NCBI GenBank assembly: GCA_965285935.1
Contig: OZ260665.1
Location: 32,798,001-32,862,000 of the forward strand
Direction: 5' to 3'
Length of the DNA stretch: 64,000 nt
Source of the DNA: Ophelia neglecta
Taxonomy: Eukaryota
Below are positions 39,501 to 55,013 of the stretch, in pieces (the first letter of the stretch is position 1; each line of letters starts with the position of its first letter). Under the pieces are notes generated by a model that did not search any database, had not been told where the DNA came from, and was given only the letters and a program-made list of their open reading frames with translations. The position numbers and the translations under genes are program-made.

Positions 39501-42500
39501 TGGATATCTTGATAACATTAATTCCGGTAATCAATTCACTAGGTAACAAAAGTTACGAGGTGTATTCTTCGAGACTTGTGGCCATGGTAAGAGCCTGTGC
39601 TTTTCTGTCTGCTTTTAACTACATACTTGTGACCCTGGTGTTTACATTACTGACCCAATGTCATTAACTCTGCAGGTTAAATGGGCATTTCTCAATTCAC
39701 AGATAAATATTCCACGAATTTATCCAAGTACAACACACGCCGTGGGAATTCTGTGAAGGATTCCATCGAGTTTGAGGAGTGTCAATGTACAATCAATGAC
39801 CCTTTTGGACAGTTTAGTTGCATTATTTTAACATGTACGCGATAAAAGACTGCAAACGTTGCGAGTGATCTATCCCGCCACTCATATGGCTAACAGCCTT
39901 GTGCATCTGCTTCATACTAATAGAAAAACCGTATGTCGCGGATGGACATGTTCAGTCACAAAAAAGTCGTTAATGGTTCACTTTGCATAGTTAACTTCAT
40001 AGATGGCACTATCGATGAAAACAATACTCTTTGACTTTTGAGTTAACAGGCACCTTTTACAACCTTGTATGGACTTTGATGTTTATTGTGACCATTTCAA
40101 ATTTAGTCCACAAATTGTGAGAGAGCTCAGACAAAGGTCTCATATGTATATTTCATCTCTCCCCACGTTGACCACTGCCTCTTTCATTTTCTGCTCTCAC
40201 TTGCCTTGTGGAAAACCGTTCACCTTTTTACATCGCTGTCGATATCAATTTTATGTTTAGTTTTGTTCTTTTTTTTTTGGGGGGGGGGGTTGCAAGTTGA
40301 TTTACTGTTTTGGAATTCAAAATTGATTTATGTTGGCCTGTGGCTGCTGGTTCCTAATGATTCGGACCGATTTTTAGAGCTTTACTTAATTAATTAATCT
40401 GCTATGTCTGTCGGGAACACCTTACCATCTTTTTCAAAGAATTGCTACATATTCCGAAAATGTCTAAAATTTTTCCCGCATTATTTTACTTTTTAATCGT
40501 GTAGCTAAATTTAAGAAGCCTGTAGAGCTCAACCCGGTGGCTGCGTTAGGCAAGAGAATAGCTGTCGATGTTGGGGCCGAATGATCCTGCGTCAAACCAG
40601 TTAACACGCTGAGCCCATTTGCTAGTCCAGAGTGTTGTTATTCATGTTCCCGTTGATGTGTGACGTTCAAGCACGTTTATAATGAGTTCGTACCGATTTG
40701 AAAGACTATTCTTAATTAATGATATTGTCCAGTGGCAGGTATTTGCGCTTATGCTCTGGGACCGTATTTTCCATGGTTCTGATAGGTACAAGAGAAGTAC
40801 GTAGAGCTTTTCATACTGTCAGCAATGACTAATTTTCATAATTGCTGGCATTGTATTAAATGGCCTATCAACTTTCCCTTTTCATATAAACGAGATTCGA
40901 TTAATTGTTAGGGTTAAGACTATGTTTGCTACTTGCACTCTTGAAGTGAATCTGCTTAAAGATTGTCTTCATCTGCTGGTGTTTAGTTTAATGTTTAAAC
41001 GTTTTAAAACTAAGATCTCCTATTTTATTGACGTTTTTTTGACCAACGAGCTGCAGAAGCCAGTGCTAGGAGTGGCAGCTTCATCAACAAGATGTATGTC
41101 AGAGGATAATGTTTTGAGGCCTTCGAGTGCAGAGGTTAGATGGGCGTTGGGGTGATGGGTGGGGGAGAGGGGACGGAGGGTTGGAGAGTAAAACCAGTCT
41201 TAACTTTCAACACTTTGATGTACAGCGCCATTGCATGATGCATTACATGCCATCGGTCTACATGTTTTTACTGGCTGTCTTTACTATCTCTATTCAGCAG
41301 TCTAACAGCCTACCAAAAACCTATTTGGCTTAGGGGGCGAATTGCATGTGAAGTTGTGTTCACGCCTCAATATCAAAAGATATTTCGCTTTTCTTATGGT
41401 ACGTTTTTTATTCCTTGATAGCAATATCCCAGTATGCTTCCCCAGAAATTTATAGACTGGGCTTCTAATACATTAGTTTATGGTTCAGTTTGTATCTTAT
41501 GACGACTTGTCAGCAGCTAAATTAAGCTTTGTCTTGTATTATGGGATGGTCTGTCTCGAGCTTCTTATCCTTCTACTTCAGGGTCTAAGCTTTTTCTTAA
41601 TCAAATTGTTTTCTTTAGTAAGTTCATCCTTTTTTCTCACCACGATTTACTAAATTCGGCGACATCAAATTCGTTAGAGGTTAGTCTCTGACAATTAAAG
41701 CGCGTGAATCGTATGAACCAATAAATTGGACATCCATTAGCCTGTTCTGTCTCACCGAAACCCTTCCTATTCGTCTTTCGTTAAGATTAGTATAATCGTG
41801 GTAATAAAGAAGCTGTGATACAGTTTCAGAAGACTGGTGCAAATAGCTGGCTCGAATTACCATCTTCAGCTGATTGATCCCCAGCCTCGGGGTCCTGTCT
41901 TAAAGCCCATAATGCAACATTTATAAAATCACTCGTTTTACGTCATTGCTCTTCACATTAAGTCGTTTCCATCAGCGCCCTATCCATTTTTAAGAGATAA
42001 ATCTTGACTGATCAATCATTGACAAAATGTATAAAATGCTTTTGGGCGTAGTTGCTCTGCATGATGTGGTCATTTGATCTCTTTGCAACAGACATGTAGA
42101 CGCTGCGGTATACATGAGAAAAGGGCAAGTCCTCTAACCTGGAATTGACAGTACAATTGTCCATTAATGCATTTAAGAGCAGGGCAATTTTGAACCTGAA
42201 AGTATGCGACTCCATTAGTATATCTACAATGGTCCTTGGGTAAAAAATGCAATTTCTTCTAAATATAAACATTTACACGAAGTCACACATTGAGCCTTAC
42301 CCAAAAGTAAACAACTTCCGGCCCTTAATATATCATAAAGATTAGTTTATCTGAATATAAACATGCTTCTTAATGCTGTGGAGCTGTTTTAGGTAAAAAT
42401 TTCGCCACACAGAGTATTGCTCCGTTTCTCAGTTGGAACAATGCACAGGGTATAAGGCTGTATTGTGTTTTGCGGAAAAAAATATCATTGCTTTTTTGGT

Positions 42501-45500
42501 ATATTTACCAAAGAAGTGTTGAAATGTCAAGAATAAATATGGTATCGTTTTACAATTATGAATACTTCTCGCTTTGTTTAAACTCATGTTTGTCCTCAAA
42601 TAGATGGCTGAATGAATTGCCACAATTTATGTAGTCATCCGCCAAATAGATTAGAACGTTAGTTGCTATATATTCAAATGATAATATATTATATTTTACG
42701 ATATAAAACCTCGTGTGGCATAGGCTTATAACTATTATATTTGCCACTAAAGATATGCCTCGAAGAAAGGATCTATGAAATTGGGTTTCATACCTTGGCT
42801 GGCTACTGAACCATAATTATGCAATACGTAATTGAAGTATCAATTAGAATTAATAGTTCAAAAGCCTAGTCCCAGATTTAAAGAAGAATCGCGAGCATCG
42901 AAACTGTAGAAAACGAAACGCATGAACAACTTAAGTATTCTGTTGGGAAATTGATGGAATGAAACATGCCAGGAACTATTTTTAGAACGTGGGATATAAT
43001 GCGGCCTTAGATATTTTTTTCAAGTTAATTTTACAAAAGAAGGTAACTTGCTGTCAATAGAAGGCTTTAAAGCTCTTTGGACGAAAAGGGACGGGGCTAT
43101 TCTTGATACATGAGAGCGTTGTATCATAGGTAAGAAGTCCAGGTGTTAAAAAACAAATAGATAATAGCGCATCTTACTTACAATAAACAGACCACTAAAA
43201 AGACCATCTCTCTAATCAGACCACCTGTCGATTCAGTCCACTGATATGAAGACTGTGTTGTATACTTTCAATTTTAAATAACCTGTATAAAACGGCCACC
43301 TCAGAAATCAGATCAGTTATTTCCAGTCTCTTTGGTGGTCTTAATTCACATGTTACATTGTATATGATATTACACTTAAGAAATGAGGCCAGGACCTGTC
43401 TTTGTAACACTAACCAGTGTTGTCTAAAAGATCACTCAAATGCTTCGCGTTGGAACGAAACACCATGCCGATATTTTCAAGCACAAATGTGGCATAGCTG
43501 CGTGCCATCATTAACCCTTAGCACACAAAAAATACATACATAATCGACACGGTGAGTGAATAATCGACAGCTGTAAAGTCCGAGGGGAGGAAATAAAGAA
43601 ATTTCACATTCTAGAAGTCTGCAACGTCATTACACTGATGAAGCCTTATAAATGTAATCATCTTGTTTTTGTTTCTCAGATCGATGCTTGCTCCAAGTTA
43701 TGCTGTAGAAAATTCAATGACTGATTCTTTCAGAATCGACCTCTGCGCTTAGTGACTAAAAATTACTGGATCTTTACTAGGAAGCGCGTCTGATTAAAGC
43801 ATCAGCTTCACGGATATACATTTATTTGGCAAAAATATCCACTTGAAGTCCCATTCCAAATTCAATCAGAAAACATTTACTTATTTATTAGTTTCGTTCG
43901 TGCTTAACAGATATAACAAAAAGATATATAGATTAAGTTCATTTGTAATTTGTTACGGCAATGACGTCGTATTGCGGAAATAATGAGAACAAAATGTGCT
44001 TGGTAACTTATTGTTTTGAAACGATTATTCATAAAACCTGCATAATATGTAGCATTCATTCTGTCACTGTTGTCTCCGGTAATACCATATATGATATATT
44101 CTTTACGTCTTTTCTTTCATTTTTATTGACAATGCCTGGGGATAGGGTTGAAACCACTTGGCAGATAAATGTTCTTACTTGTTTTACAAATAGCTTATCC
44201 TATCATAATTAAATCAAATTAATTCAATTAATACGATACAATCGTGATGTTTTAGTACTATGGGGATAGTACTTTAAATTGAATATTATCAATGTAATGC
44301 AGAGCAATATATATACTCCATGCTGGTTCCAGCATTAAAAATCACAACTAGTTTTATCTTCTTTACTGAAAAGTAAAAATCCTGGACACAGAATCCACAT
44401 GTATATTTTCTCATGTCCATGTAAATAATATCTAGGTAGAACACCAAGGACTGAGAAATAGAATTGAATAAAATAGTATCATGGACTTTCCTTTTTACTT
44501 TGATTGCGATGATTAAAAATATATTTTTTGGGGGGAAAGGCGGTGGCTTTTTGGTTATATCAAAAAAATAAATCCATATACGAGTTTAATGGTCGTATGG
44601 CCCAGCATGACTTTTAGCCTAGAGCATATAAATACAAAATATAAATATTAATGTTTGCATAAAAAATGAGGATCCAAATGGATTGTGAACTATAAATGAA
44701 CAAGAAAATAAAGTGAAGATATGTCCAACCTGACCGCAGTGACATGGGATTTCGTATTATATAGGTTTTATGGTAGAAACATGACACAGGTGGGCGGAAC
44801 CTTCGCAAATATGGCAGTGCCTAACTGTCAAGTACATATCGACGAGTGGTCAGCATTTGGCGGTGATGACATTTTCCACGAATCGGAGCTCAGGAATTTG
44901 AGTAAGATCTAATGCAAGTTATTAGTATTAAAACAAGGGAAAAAACATCATTAATAATATAAAAAGATCAGGACGATCACACTACCCTTCAACTCTATCA
45001 AAGTGGACTAGCCCAAAGGTACTATCATCGAGATTAACTCCAAGGGGTTAATTCTCATATCATTGCGCTTATTAGTGCAATAGATCAAACTGTTAAAAAG
45101 CGGGCTGTTGACGGTGTACTAAACATATGGGGAAGGGAAACACCTAAAATAGACATGGATAATATCAATTGGTCATATGGAAAACGTAATTTTTTCAAAT
45201 CGCATGCACGATACAAGTGTATGAACATAGAAATGGCTCTCTATTTTATTTATAAGTGAACTCGAGTCAATTTAAATGCAGACTGCCAACTTGGCGATGA
45301 TGAAGACGATCCAACGAAAATTAATCATCGTAGATGTAGGAAAAAAATGATCTAGTCGGGACTAAAAAATTTCTTATATTCCCCTCTCAAACGAAACAGC
45401 CATGCATAGGAATTTATATCAGTTGAATAAGTAAATGCCAATTCGAACCGAATTGAATTCTTATTAGACAAAAGTAGAAGTTCCATTACTAGTGGTATTC

Positions 45501-46599
45501 TAGAAACCTTAATATAATTGTATGCTGTCTGATGAGACCCCAAAAATGTCGCCCACAACGTCGACCGAGAGTTAAATTATCGGACGTGCCGTCCTCTTAC
45601 CACGAAGGCCAAAATAAGCAGGTAACAGCGTATAAGGTAAAAACTGTCACAATGATCATAATCATTCAGTCCTCCGGGAAACTTATCTTCACTTTCTATA
45701 GGCTGGTTAGGCCAATGTTCGCACACATGAACTTAAAACTCAACAGTAAAATGATTTAGAAATGGAACTCCCATAACTATGTTGTACATGAAATGGTTTA
45801 AGTTGCTTTGATTAAAGATTTATTGACAGAAGATATTTATAGAAAGTAGAAACCATCAAATCACAGGAACCAATTGATTAACATAGTTTTGCTATGCAAT
45901 TGCCAAGACAAAAATCAGTTGCGCCATGTGTAAGGATATCAACCAAATTAATTGAAAGTGATCAAATAAGAATGAATTTGATTGTGATCTAAGTTTTGCT
46001 TTTTAAAAATAAATCAAAAAAATCCACTCTGACGTTAAGTTGTTCTGCATACCATCATGTCAGGAATTGCGAGAGGGCTTGGAATAGTGTCTGTGACCTC
46101 AAATGGGCGAAGTTTTGGGGGAATGAAGGAATAAGGGTTCGTTTTCAAGTCAGTGCCAACTAGCTTCGATGGGCATTAGATTTGTAACTACAGTATCAAT
46201 TAGATTCCTGTCCCATATTAAACATGCCTTTGACAGGTTTAGCTGAACTTCGAATGTCCAATCCCTTGAATAGGCAAAATAGATTAAACCTGTACGCATT
46301 TAATGTCAAATAAAACGGGTCCTGCACAACAACAGTAACATGTAGTTGCTCCAGGTACACATTTTTATTGCCAAGCATGCTTTTAAACAAAATTAACACG
46401 CAATTTGTTAATTTCAATGTACACCAATACATCACCTTTTGCGCGAGGGTGTTTGGGTGAGATTGGCGAAGAAGGTAGCTATACGATTAATGTCTTTTCA
46501 GTAATAAGGTTGTGAAACTGCCAGTTAAACAAGATATGTATTCAACAGAATGCTGAGGATACTGCTTGCCAGGACTCTGAAAACGTTGTCTGACGTTAC

Positions 46600-47060
46600 T
46601 AATGATATTTATAGGACCCAAATTAAAAACAAAAGATATAATGCGTACCCTTTTCTTTGTAGATTTCATTGGGATCTGCTGTTTGCTCTTTGTTCTAATT
46701 TGGTATCCATCCTATGCACAAATGAATTCAGGGCTAGGAGGTGTAGCGGGGCTTTTAACGAGCACACCTGCCACCTTAACTTTAATTAATATGGCTGAAG
46801 TATTAAACACTCGCTTATTAAATCACTTTAGGCTTATCATTTAGCAACAAGAATAATAGATTCCAAAGTCGTCGTCTTGTGCTGTTGTCATGGTGAGTTC
46901 GAACAGAATTGACACATGCCATTTTTCTGCACACTGTATCCCTCAAACGGAATGTATCTTTCCAAGAGCAGAAAAAAAGTCTTCGATTGATTTTTCTTTC
47001 AGAAGAACAATGTCTTTTTCGCACGAATATCTTCCCAAGGCATTGACCTCAATATCCAAT
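46600..47060 (-). mobile_element. Possible degenerate L1/Tx1-clade APE endonuclease N-terminal fragment
   Basis: Frame-hopping motifs in the expected order: VNALG / DIRAKKTLF.KKNQSKTFFL..E / HS / EKWHVSILF / HDNSTRR..LLF / ADPNEIY. Compare NV.GL...KR......K....I.FLQETH..EW...FSHG.S.SRGV.ILF..DPNGRY. Confidence 0.35.
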
Positions 47061-50000
47061 ATCCAAGCTGGGGCCATTATCTAGATTCTACCTTCTTTTT
47101 GTCTCCTTCACCTCCTACCTCGCCAAGTCGAATGCAGTACACAAATGAGATAAAAAGAAAAAAAAATCATATGGAAATATTCTCTACTGAAGGAATCCAA
47201 GCAAATCATCTTAGCGAGTTCATCTTGAATTTCTCAATCTAATCATAGCCTTAATCTTATTTCTCCATTCGCTGGATACAGCTGCTAAATAAACAACCTC
47301 TATGGGATTCAGAAGACAATCTCCCTTATGCCGTTCTAGGTAAGGAGGTATAGGTGAAAGTTGGGGGGTTTGAATTTCAACACATGAGATGGTTTATCAT
47401 GGACTATAAGAATGTTTGTTCAATGGTAAAGAAACAGTATAGAAATTCAGATGTTTTTATAACAAACTGAGCATTTGATAATATCATCAGGCATTCATTC
47501 AGAAGACAATTTTTAACAAGTAACATTAAAAGAGTTTCGACCTGCCATTTAAATATATATTTACATTTTACATTATTACTAGATAAATGAATCTATTCGA
47601 GTACAAAAGAAGCTGAATACGCTTAAAAATCAACTCAGATATTAAAGGTTTAGTCCAAATTTTAAAAAAAATTATAAGATCATGTGAACGAAATTTTTGA
47701 AATGATACTATATATCAATGACAAAAAAAAGTATTGCTAAGCCCTGGCGGAAAGGTAAATTATTCAACAATGTAATAGGTTAGGTGTCGCTACTTTAAAA
47801 ATCCTAGACTTTAGTGCCTGGTTGATGAGAAGGTTGTGTTTTTAGCTATATGCGTTGGTCATCAGCTTAATAGCCTTTTAGGTTCGACAAAACCATCAAC
47901 ATCGCATTCAGGTTGCATATTTAATGAAACAAAAGCACTAAATATCTGCCATTCTGCTACAAGCATGTTAATCAGATATGTCGAACATGAAAAAGGTTAC
48001 AATTGATCAGGAACCGTTGTGGGGCGGTTCACATGACCCTGCTATGTGTTCGTTCGTGCGTGGTACGGCTCAGCCAACAGCAACGTAGAAACAATATATA
48101 AAAAGACGTTTGTGTTCAAGAACCACTTGTTTGACAACCGCTTATAAATTGGTTTTACCCCGTTAACCCTTAAGCCCTGGCTCAGGTGAGCGAAATTGGG
48201 TGCTCCGACATATTGAACCTCAGAACCGGGTGTATTAAATGGAATTCACCTCCAGACCCTGGATTGCCAGGATACCTAGGAAACACCAGGATAGAAGTTG
48301 AGTAAACATCGTACAGCGCAAATTTAAACTGATACGTCATTAAAGTGAAACATAAGTATAAAAAACAGTTTTGGTAATAACTGGAACGACTTTATGTACG
48401 TTTTGCGGATCCAGTAAGTTGTCAACTCACAGAATAATTAATTATATGTGTGTGGCACAGGAGAGTATAAGGATGTATAAGGTCTTTCCATTCTTAAGGG
48501 GAGCAGGTCATTCTACTCATCCACAGTGCAATAAAATGAGAATATGTAAAGTGAACCAGCCACGCTCTGGTTGTGACGGAACACTTGAAACTGCCACATA
48601 GCAATGGTATAGCAGTCTGAAACAAATGCACATGGCCCTTAGCCCTAGGATGAGCCGTTAAGATATCTCAAGTTGGATCAAAGGAGCCATTTCATTAGAT
48701 TTTGTGGAAAATATTGCTATTTCGCAAAGGGTATTGATCTCTGTGCTTCCTCAAATTTTACGTTAAGGTCCATACAAGGAGATCACATCGAGGACACATT
48801 ATTATATCCGTCTGGTTCTGGTGAAAAAGTAAATTTAAATTGGGTGCAAACAAGTCCACATACAAAAGAAACCATTTTATTCTTTGTTGGGGGATGTAGT
48901 TATTGATTTAAGATTGCACATACCAACCGAACAATAGGCTTCCTAACTTTGGAAATGTTATTTAAAAAGGTAAACTTCAAAAGATAGCACATAATGTACT
49001 AAAGCCCCATATGATGCTGTGCTTTCCATATTATATTGGTCACACCGAAGGAGACTTTCTATGGTGATGAAAGGATTAAGAAAATAAAAAGTTGTCTGCT
49101 GTACCTGTTGTATCCAAATGGTCTAAGGGAAATTTTATTTACAGAGCTATTTTAAGGTTTTTCTTATGCATACTTCAGGATCGTCCTTAGAAACAAACCA
49201 AACCATTGTCCAAACCAATAGTATTTGTAAATCCTTTGAATCTAAATTTTTTATGCCGATATTTGACTAACTTATTTACTAAATTATTGTTGTCAATTGA
49301 CATGATATATTGTTTAATAGTGCGTCCTCTTCTGGCAATACTGATCTCTATGCCAGAGCTTGGTACGCTTAATCAAGACGATCAGTCTCCTTTAGCAAGG
49401 ACAAACTACCCGGATCAGTGGTAAATAATATAACTATAGCATCGGTCCAGATTCGTAAGTAATGGTCATTCACCCGACGAAAACAATTTATAAAATAAAA
49501 TAACAAATGAATATGACTTTATTAAATCCTACATTATAGTTTAACCGATGAAACTGCGCATGTGGAAATAATGGACGAAATTGAGCATAGCGTAAACTCC
49601 ATATGCATAAAATTATATCATTGTTTGTAAGTATTGTCGAAATTTACATAGCAAAGAAGATCTTTATTAGATTATTTGAGCTAACTGAATAGTATGTATC
49701 AGGAAACGCTGTTACGTTTGTTCAGTGCCTTTTTTAAATTTAGCTCTAGTTTATTAGCGTAAAATTACTGCTTTGACGCATGAACATTATTTGATGGATT
49801 ATTTGATGGATTGATTTGATTTTATTCGGCCAACAGAAATAAACAATACCATGTATGGCAAGTTGCATCCATGCTGGCTCAGAGTACGTGGGCATAAGAC
49901 AAGACGTGTAACAAGACAGATAACGTTATATCCGTATATTATGGTTCTAAAATTGAATTTGAAGCGTCATCAGTATGATAGATTTTACTCTTGGTAACTT

Positions 50001-50649
50001 GCTCTTGACCTCTGTTGTGAACTTAGAAAGAAGGCCGACGATCCAATATGTGATTGGATAATAAATGTTGTTAGATGCATACAAAAAGATCGGATCTGCC
50101 TATATATGAGATAAAGGGGGTTTCACTTGTGACGTTAGTGTCTTTTAAATCACATTGGCCAGGGTATTTCTGTACTATTTTTAGTTTTATTATTGGCTTA
50201 TCGCGTCAACCATCCCAGTTTTGATATAACACGTTGCCGAATACGACATGTACCTCTGTTTGAAATCAAGTTTAATGATTAGGAATTTCAGCACAATTAA
50301 AGGCAATCACATAGGACCATTGCTGTATGTTGGTAGAAAAAGCCTTCGATGGCATTCTGGAGAATTTTTATTGAACCCATTACTATAACTCTACTTTATC
50401 GACCCAGTGAAATGACCCTTGTTGAATAATCCAATGCTAAGGCCACATGAATCCGTCTAGGGAGATCCTTCCCAGCGGCCACAGCTGCAGGCATACAATC
50501 TGATACAGAAATCTGATACCCCAAATATCAGTCTCCTGAGAAGCCAAACCACAGAGAGGCATAATAAACACCCAAACAACAAGCGACAAAGTATTTCTTA
50601 TATATGGGAAATTATTTTGCTTGTGAGTTTGGTATTACCTTTAGATGAT

Positions 50650-50990
50650 TTGTGCAAAAATAATGTAATTGCCCAATCAAGAAGATTACTACAAAACCAT
50701 CAGTATTGCAGGTTTAAGATTCCCGTCGTTGTTTCAAACTTACATTTCCTATATAGAAGTTTTTCCACATGCATATAAATTAACAGCTTTGAATGCATAC
50801 ATATACTGCAAGGATGTTAATGATGTATTCCTATTGGTAAAGTGTTGCCTGGAAATCAACAATGGAGAGTTCACTGATCCCGTCTCCCGGAATGAACAAG
50901 GATATGTCACGTGAAAGACTCTCTGCCTCTTCCTATCAAGACAACGAATTACTTCAATGTTCAATATCAACTTGCCCCGAAAACTTGTCT
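50650..50990 (+). mobile_element. Degenerate LINE RT fragment
   Basis: ORF 50669..50914 contains YKLTALNAYIYCKDVNDVFLLVKCCLEINNGEFTDPV, resembling YKL...GI.GK....I..MY..VK.CV.IN.G.TD.F between RT motifs. Confidence 0.4.
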
Positions 50991-52029
50991 GCTTACAACG
51001 TGCCAAACATTGAGTTGAGGAGAAAATGAAGTGCAGTAAAATGAAATATGATTATCATTTACCAAGTTCTATTTATGCAGATAAGACATATGAAACAACT
51101 TTTGAAGAATCATTAAGATATTGTCTTAACGCCGCATAATTTGTCAATTTACCCCAATAGCCGTATAGACCCCTGCAGGGAAAATACGGAACTATTTACT
51201 ATTTGCATGACTTTTAGAATATGTCTACATGTCTAGCATTCACAGCAAAAAGTTAATCTATCAGATAAAGTAGAAAGTTCAATAACACCAAAAGTATGGG
51301 AATTGATCTCATGTTTACAAATAGACATAATGCCTTAAGCCTGAAGAGGGCCAGATACGCCTAACTATAATTACATAGTGAAGACAATGCCAAATAAAGC
51401 GCCTTAATGTCAAGCTTAATTTTATCTTGGAAAAATGCTTTCAGATTTAAAATTTTGACACCAGGGGTAGTTCTACTATCGAAAATTTTATATTTGGCGA
51501 TATCATTCAAACCGTTTAATGGAATTATCTCAAACCTAGGCCTAATGATGTGTTTGACCTCAGAGATTACCATCATCATGTAAGGTTGACCTTGAAATTC
51601 CAAATTCTGCCACCAGAAGGAGCTTTTAGAGAACGAAATCTAATTTTTCTTATATCTCTTGATCGTATTGATGTAAAACTAAATTTGAATGAAGCGCCTT
51701 GATCTAAGGGTCGTTTTGTCATTCATTAATGCCCCTGAGGTACTAAATATTGAGGCTACTAATTGTGAAATTACTAATGGGGGATTTTAATACATAGGTA
51801 CGTTAAAAAAGGGAAATGTTTAAACAAGTTTTGAATAGATAAGGTTATTATAAGCAATTAAATAATCATGCTTTTCCTCGTGCATTTGTGTGTAAGTTTA
51901 TATCAATATTTGGCTTCATTAAGTTTTGGCTTCCTACAGATCGAGTCGGTATGTCAAAGGGAAAGCATGCCAACTAAATGCTAAGGTTACCTCGGTGGCA
52001 TTTCGGCCTCAAAACACAAGAGAACAGTG

Positions 52030-52410
52030 TTCATTGAAACGAGAAAAGTCACCTCATTGCGAACATATAAGTTAATTTCAATCCTCCATGGAGGATTACC
52101 AGATTGGTACACAAATGACTCGAGAGACCAGACAAAACGTAGAGCTAAATTTACAAACAATCAAAGACAAATGTGGTAACAACAATTTGCCTTCAATGTA
52201 CGCTTGTGTGCATCAACATGAACCTGTTGATTCAATTTGCCTTATAAGACGAACATTCAATAAATAACGTACTACAAAGGATTGGTAAGAATAAAAGCAT
52301 TGATCATTCCAACTTGAAAAACTGACAGAGGGAAATTAACATAAACAATCTCCCTATTTGTCAATGCTTTGCACAAGTTCAATGAGTTCCTCAGACACTA
52401 AGTGCATAGA
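52030..52410 (-). mobile_element. Degenerate CR1/L2-group LINE RT fragment
   Basis: Minus strand, with frameshifts: LIELVQSIDK / IVYVNF / IL / SYKAN*NQQVHVD / MFA, colinear with LIE....AIDK....V.F.DLSKAFD...SYL.NR.Q.V.V...FADD. Confidence 0.45.
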
Positions 52411-55013
52411 GAAATAATTCTTAGCAATAAACCATAATAGTTTTGCGATTATAGTCTGGGTGTAAATAAGGCTAACATAAATTGTAACATTTTATTTTCA
52501 TTGTATTAAGAATTATGCTTTCCTGTGGTGGAAATGTTCCTTTTATTATTCCTTAGTATAGCACTTTTTGGCTTCAAACTGCTTTAATGGTGACACGTTA
52601 TGTCGCTGGTTAAATCATAGGTCATGTCAAAGAGCTTAATTCAGATATGGGATACAAAGCAGGAAAGTCATTATTTATGGCAATTTCCTTTACGGCTATC
52701 AGTCTTCTAAATATGACTGCACTTTGCATTAAATTGAGTTGTGTCGTCTGTTAAAAAGAAGTAAAAAGGCAGTCGTTCCTTATACTTTAGGTCAGGGTCA
52801 TTCGAAGTATTTCAGCATTTTATAACAGGTCTCTACCTAAAAGCGTAATAGGTCGATTGGTTTGTAAATGTGGTTGAATTCCGTATAATGCCTCAAGCAT
52901 TAAACATCTCTACAAGTCTAGCGTAGATTTCTGCATTACAATCGAGCAACAACGGACTGTTTTATGTTGCTTATAAATGTGTTTTAGGAGACAATGGTCG
53001 AAAAGAATTACAACATGTCAAGAACACCCAGATAGTAAATCGATACTTTAAGCTCTTCGGAGATAGCTTTATGCGATTGCATTGAATTTTCAGTAATAAA
53101 GAATTTAATTGCTTTGTGTAAACAATGTGAAAAATAGTGCCATGAGATTCGATTCGATGAAAACCCACATAGCGATGATGATGATGAAGACTTGGCTGTT
53201 TAGTTTAAACTCGGGACACTTCAGTAGTTAGCCTAGCCCAGTCAAATTACCTGCTGTTTTTAAACTTAACAACCGACAGACCGAAAGGAATAGAATCCTA
53301 TATTCTGATTAACGTCATCATTAGGTAAATGGAATGATATCAATAGACTTAACTGAGAAAAAAGGTAATGTTAACAGGCAAACTGCGGCAAGCCTCTACC
53401 AATCGGTCCGTCTTCGTTACTAAATTTAATCCACAGTTTCCTTTAAAATGAAGCACTCTTTCAATCAGTATTTCAGCGTCTCAACTACATACTACATGCT
53501 TAGCAGGCTGCGGAAGCATTCAAAATGCACGCATTCAATTATGTACTTAGCGAGATATATGCGTTAATAATTAGATTATATCATGCGCTGATCGCTATCA
53601 TCTGTGATATTAATTTCTGCTAAAAGGTCTACAGCTTTATTCCGTTGAACGCCCCATCAAAGTTTGATTTCTTCACTTAAATAATGGATCTTGACATACA
53701 GTTGTCACTAGAAAATATGAAGCCTGACAAGTCTGTTGCTTCCCACGAGATGAGTATAAAATAATCTTTATTAGAAAATTTCCACTTCAGCAAAAAAAAA
53801 AAACACGACGGAATCAAAGGACGAACTTTGTTTTCATGCTAATGGAAAGTAAACTCAGCCGCTACCCTAATATGCTGTTCCGTTGTCAAAATGACGCTGG
53901 CTTTCGTGTGTTTTCAGCGCGCGGTGGGTCTGATCTGAAGGACGTAAATGCCTTTCACGTGATGTCTTTAATATCTTTATGGTTCTGCATTAACATAGCA
54001 TTGGCATGTACGTTTATTTAAGAAGACATATATGGAATTATGATATAGATGTATAATTGTTTCAGACAAAATGAAATCCCCATCTAGGTTCTACCTATTC
54101 ATATTATGCTTGATTTAATGTAAGCTACAGAAAGGCTTTTTTACACACTGAGTGTCAAGGTCACACTACTTGTGGAGAACAACCCAGTTTTTCAGGCTAC
54201 TTTACTTCCTCCTCGACAATACTTATGCCCGGCCGGTAAATGATGTTTTGAGCCAAACCATATGGATTGCAATGGGGACAAATGTATCCCTTCAATCACA
54301 GGCTTATATATATTATCATTCTTTTGCGTCCTTCTCTGTTGTTGTATTACTCGAAATAAATTATCTATAGTCTCAAATTTAAGTGAGATCTTATTCTACT
54401 AAGGCGTATTTCATCAACGTTCTGTTTTGGGAACTTGGTCGCTTATTTATTGGTCTGGCTCACATCCTTAAGGGTTGCTGACCAGATTTCGTTGCATGTG
54501 ACATCAATTGAAGATTGGTTAGGATTAATTCTGTTACATTTTTTCTGGGGATAGATGTTTATGGGGCTGCGACTGCCTGTTCCTGATAAATTAGTGACGA
54601 TTTAGTGGGCAGTTCATGAGTAAAGGTGTTTTTTGTGTGCCGGGTTTCCACTCACGATTATTTACGAGTGAAAGTTTATTTATCACACTAATTAATTAAA
54701 TTAAGGGCAAAGACCCATTTAATTGCCAAAATGTCCATTTGATCTGTTTGTCTAACATAACCTGTTCATGTACATGTATGTATATTATGCATTCTAGGAA
54801 GCGTTTATATATTTGGTTTAATAGCATTATTTTATAACATGTGTGTATCCTGTAGTCAATTTCCTGTAGATCCATACGTTGGCAAGCACGTTATTGCACA
54901 CTCGAGGATATATAATACCCTCCTTTCCTCTTGCCGCGTAGGTATAGGAATGTTATCCAGTCAACATTAACCTCGGTATTAACCTCATTTTATCCTCATT
55001 TGAAATTTGTGTA

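Noticed and set aside
45529-45560. Hammerhead-like CTGATGAGAC...GTC
   Set aside because: The GAAA box is absent (gccc instead); at most a dead relic.
46620-46844. ORF with a signal-peptide-like start (MRTLFFVDFIGICCLLFVLIW) as a neuropeptide precursor
   Set aside because: No dibasic cleavage or amidation sites, and the opposite strand is better explained as a decayed LINE endonuclease.
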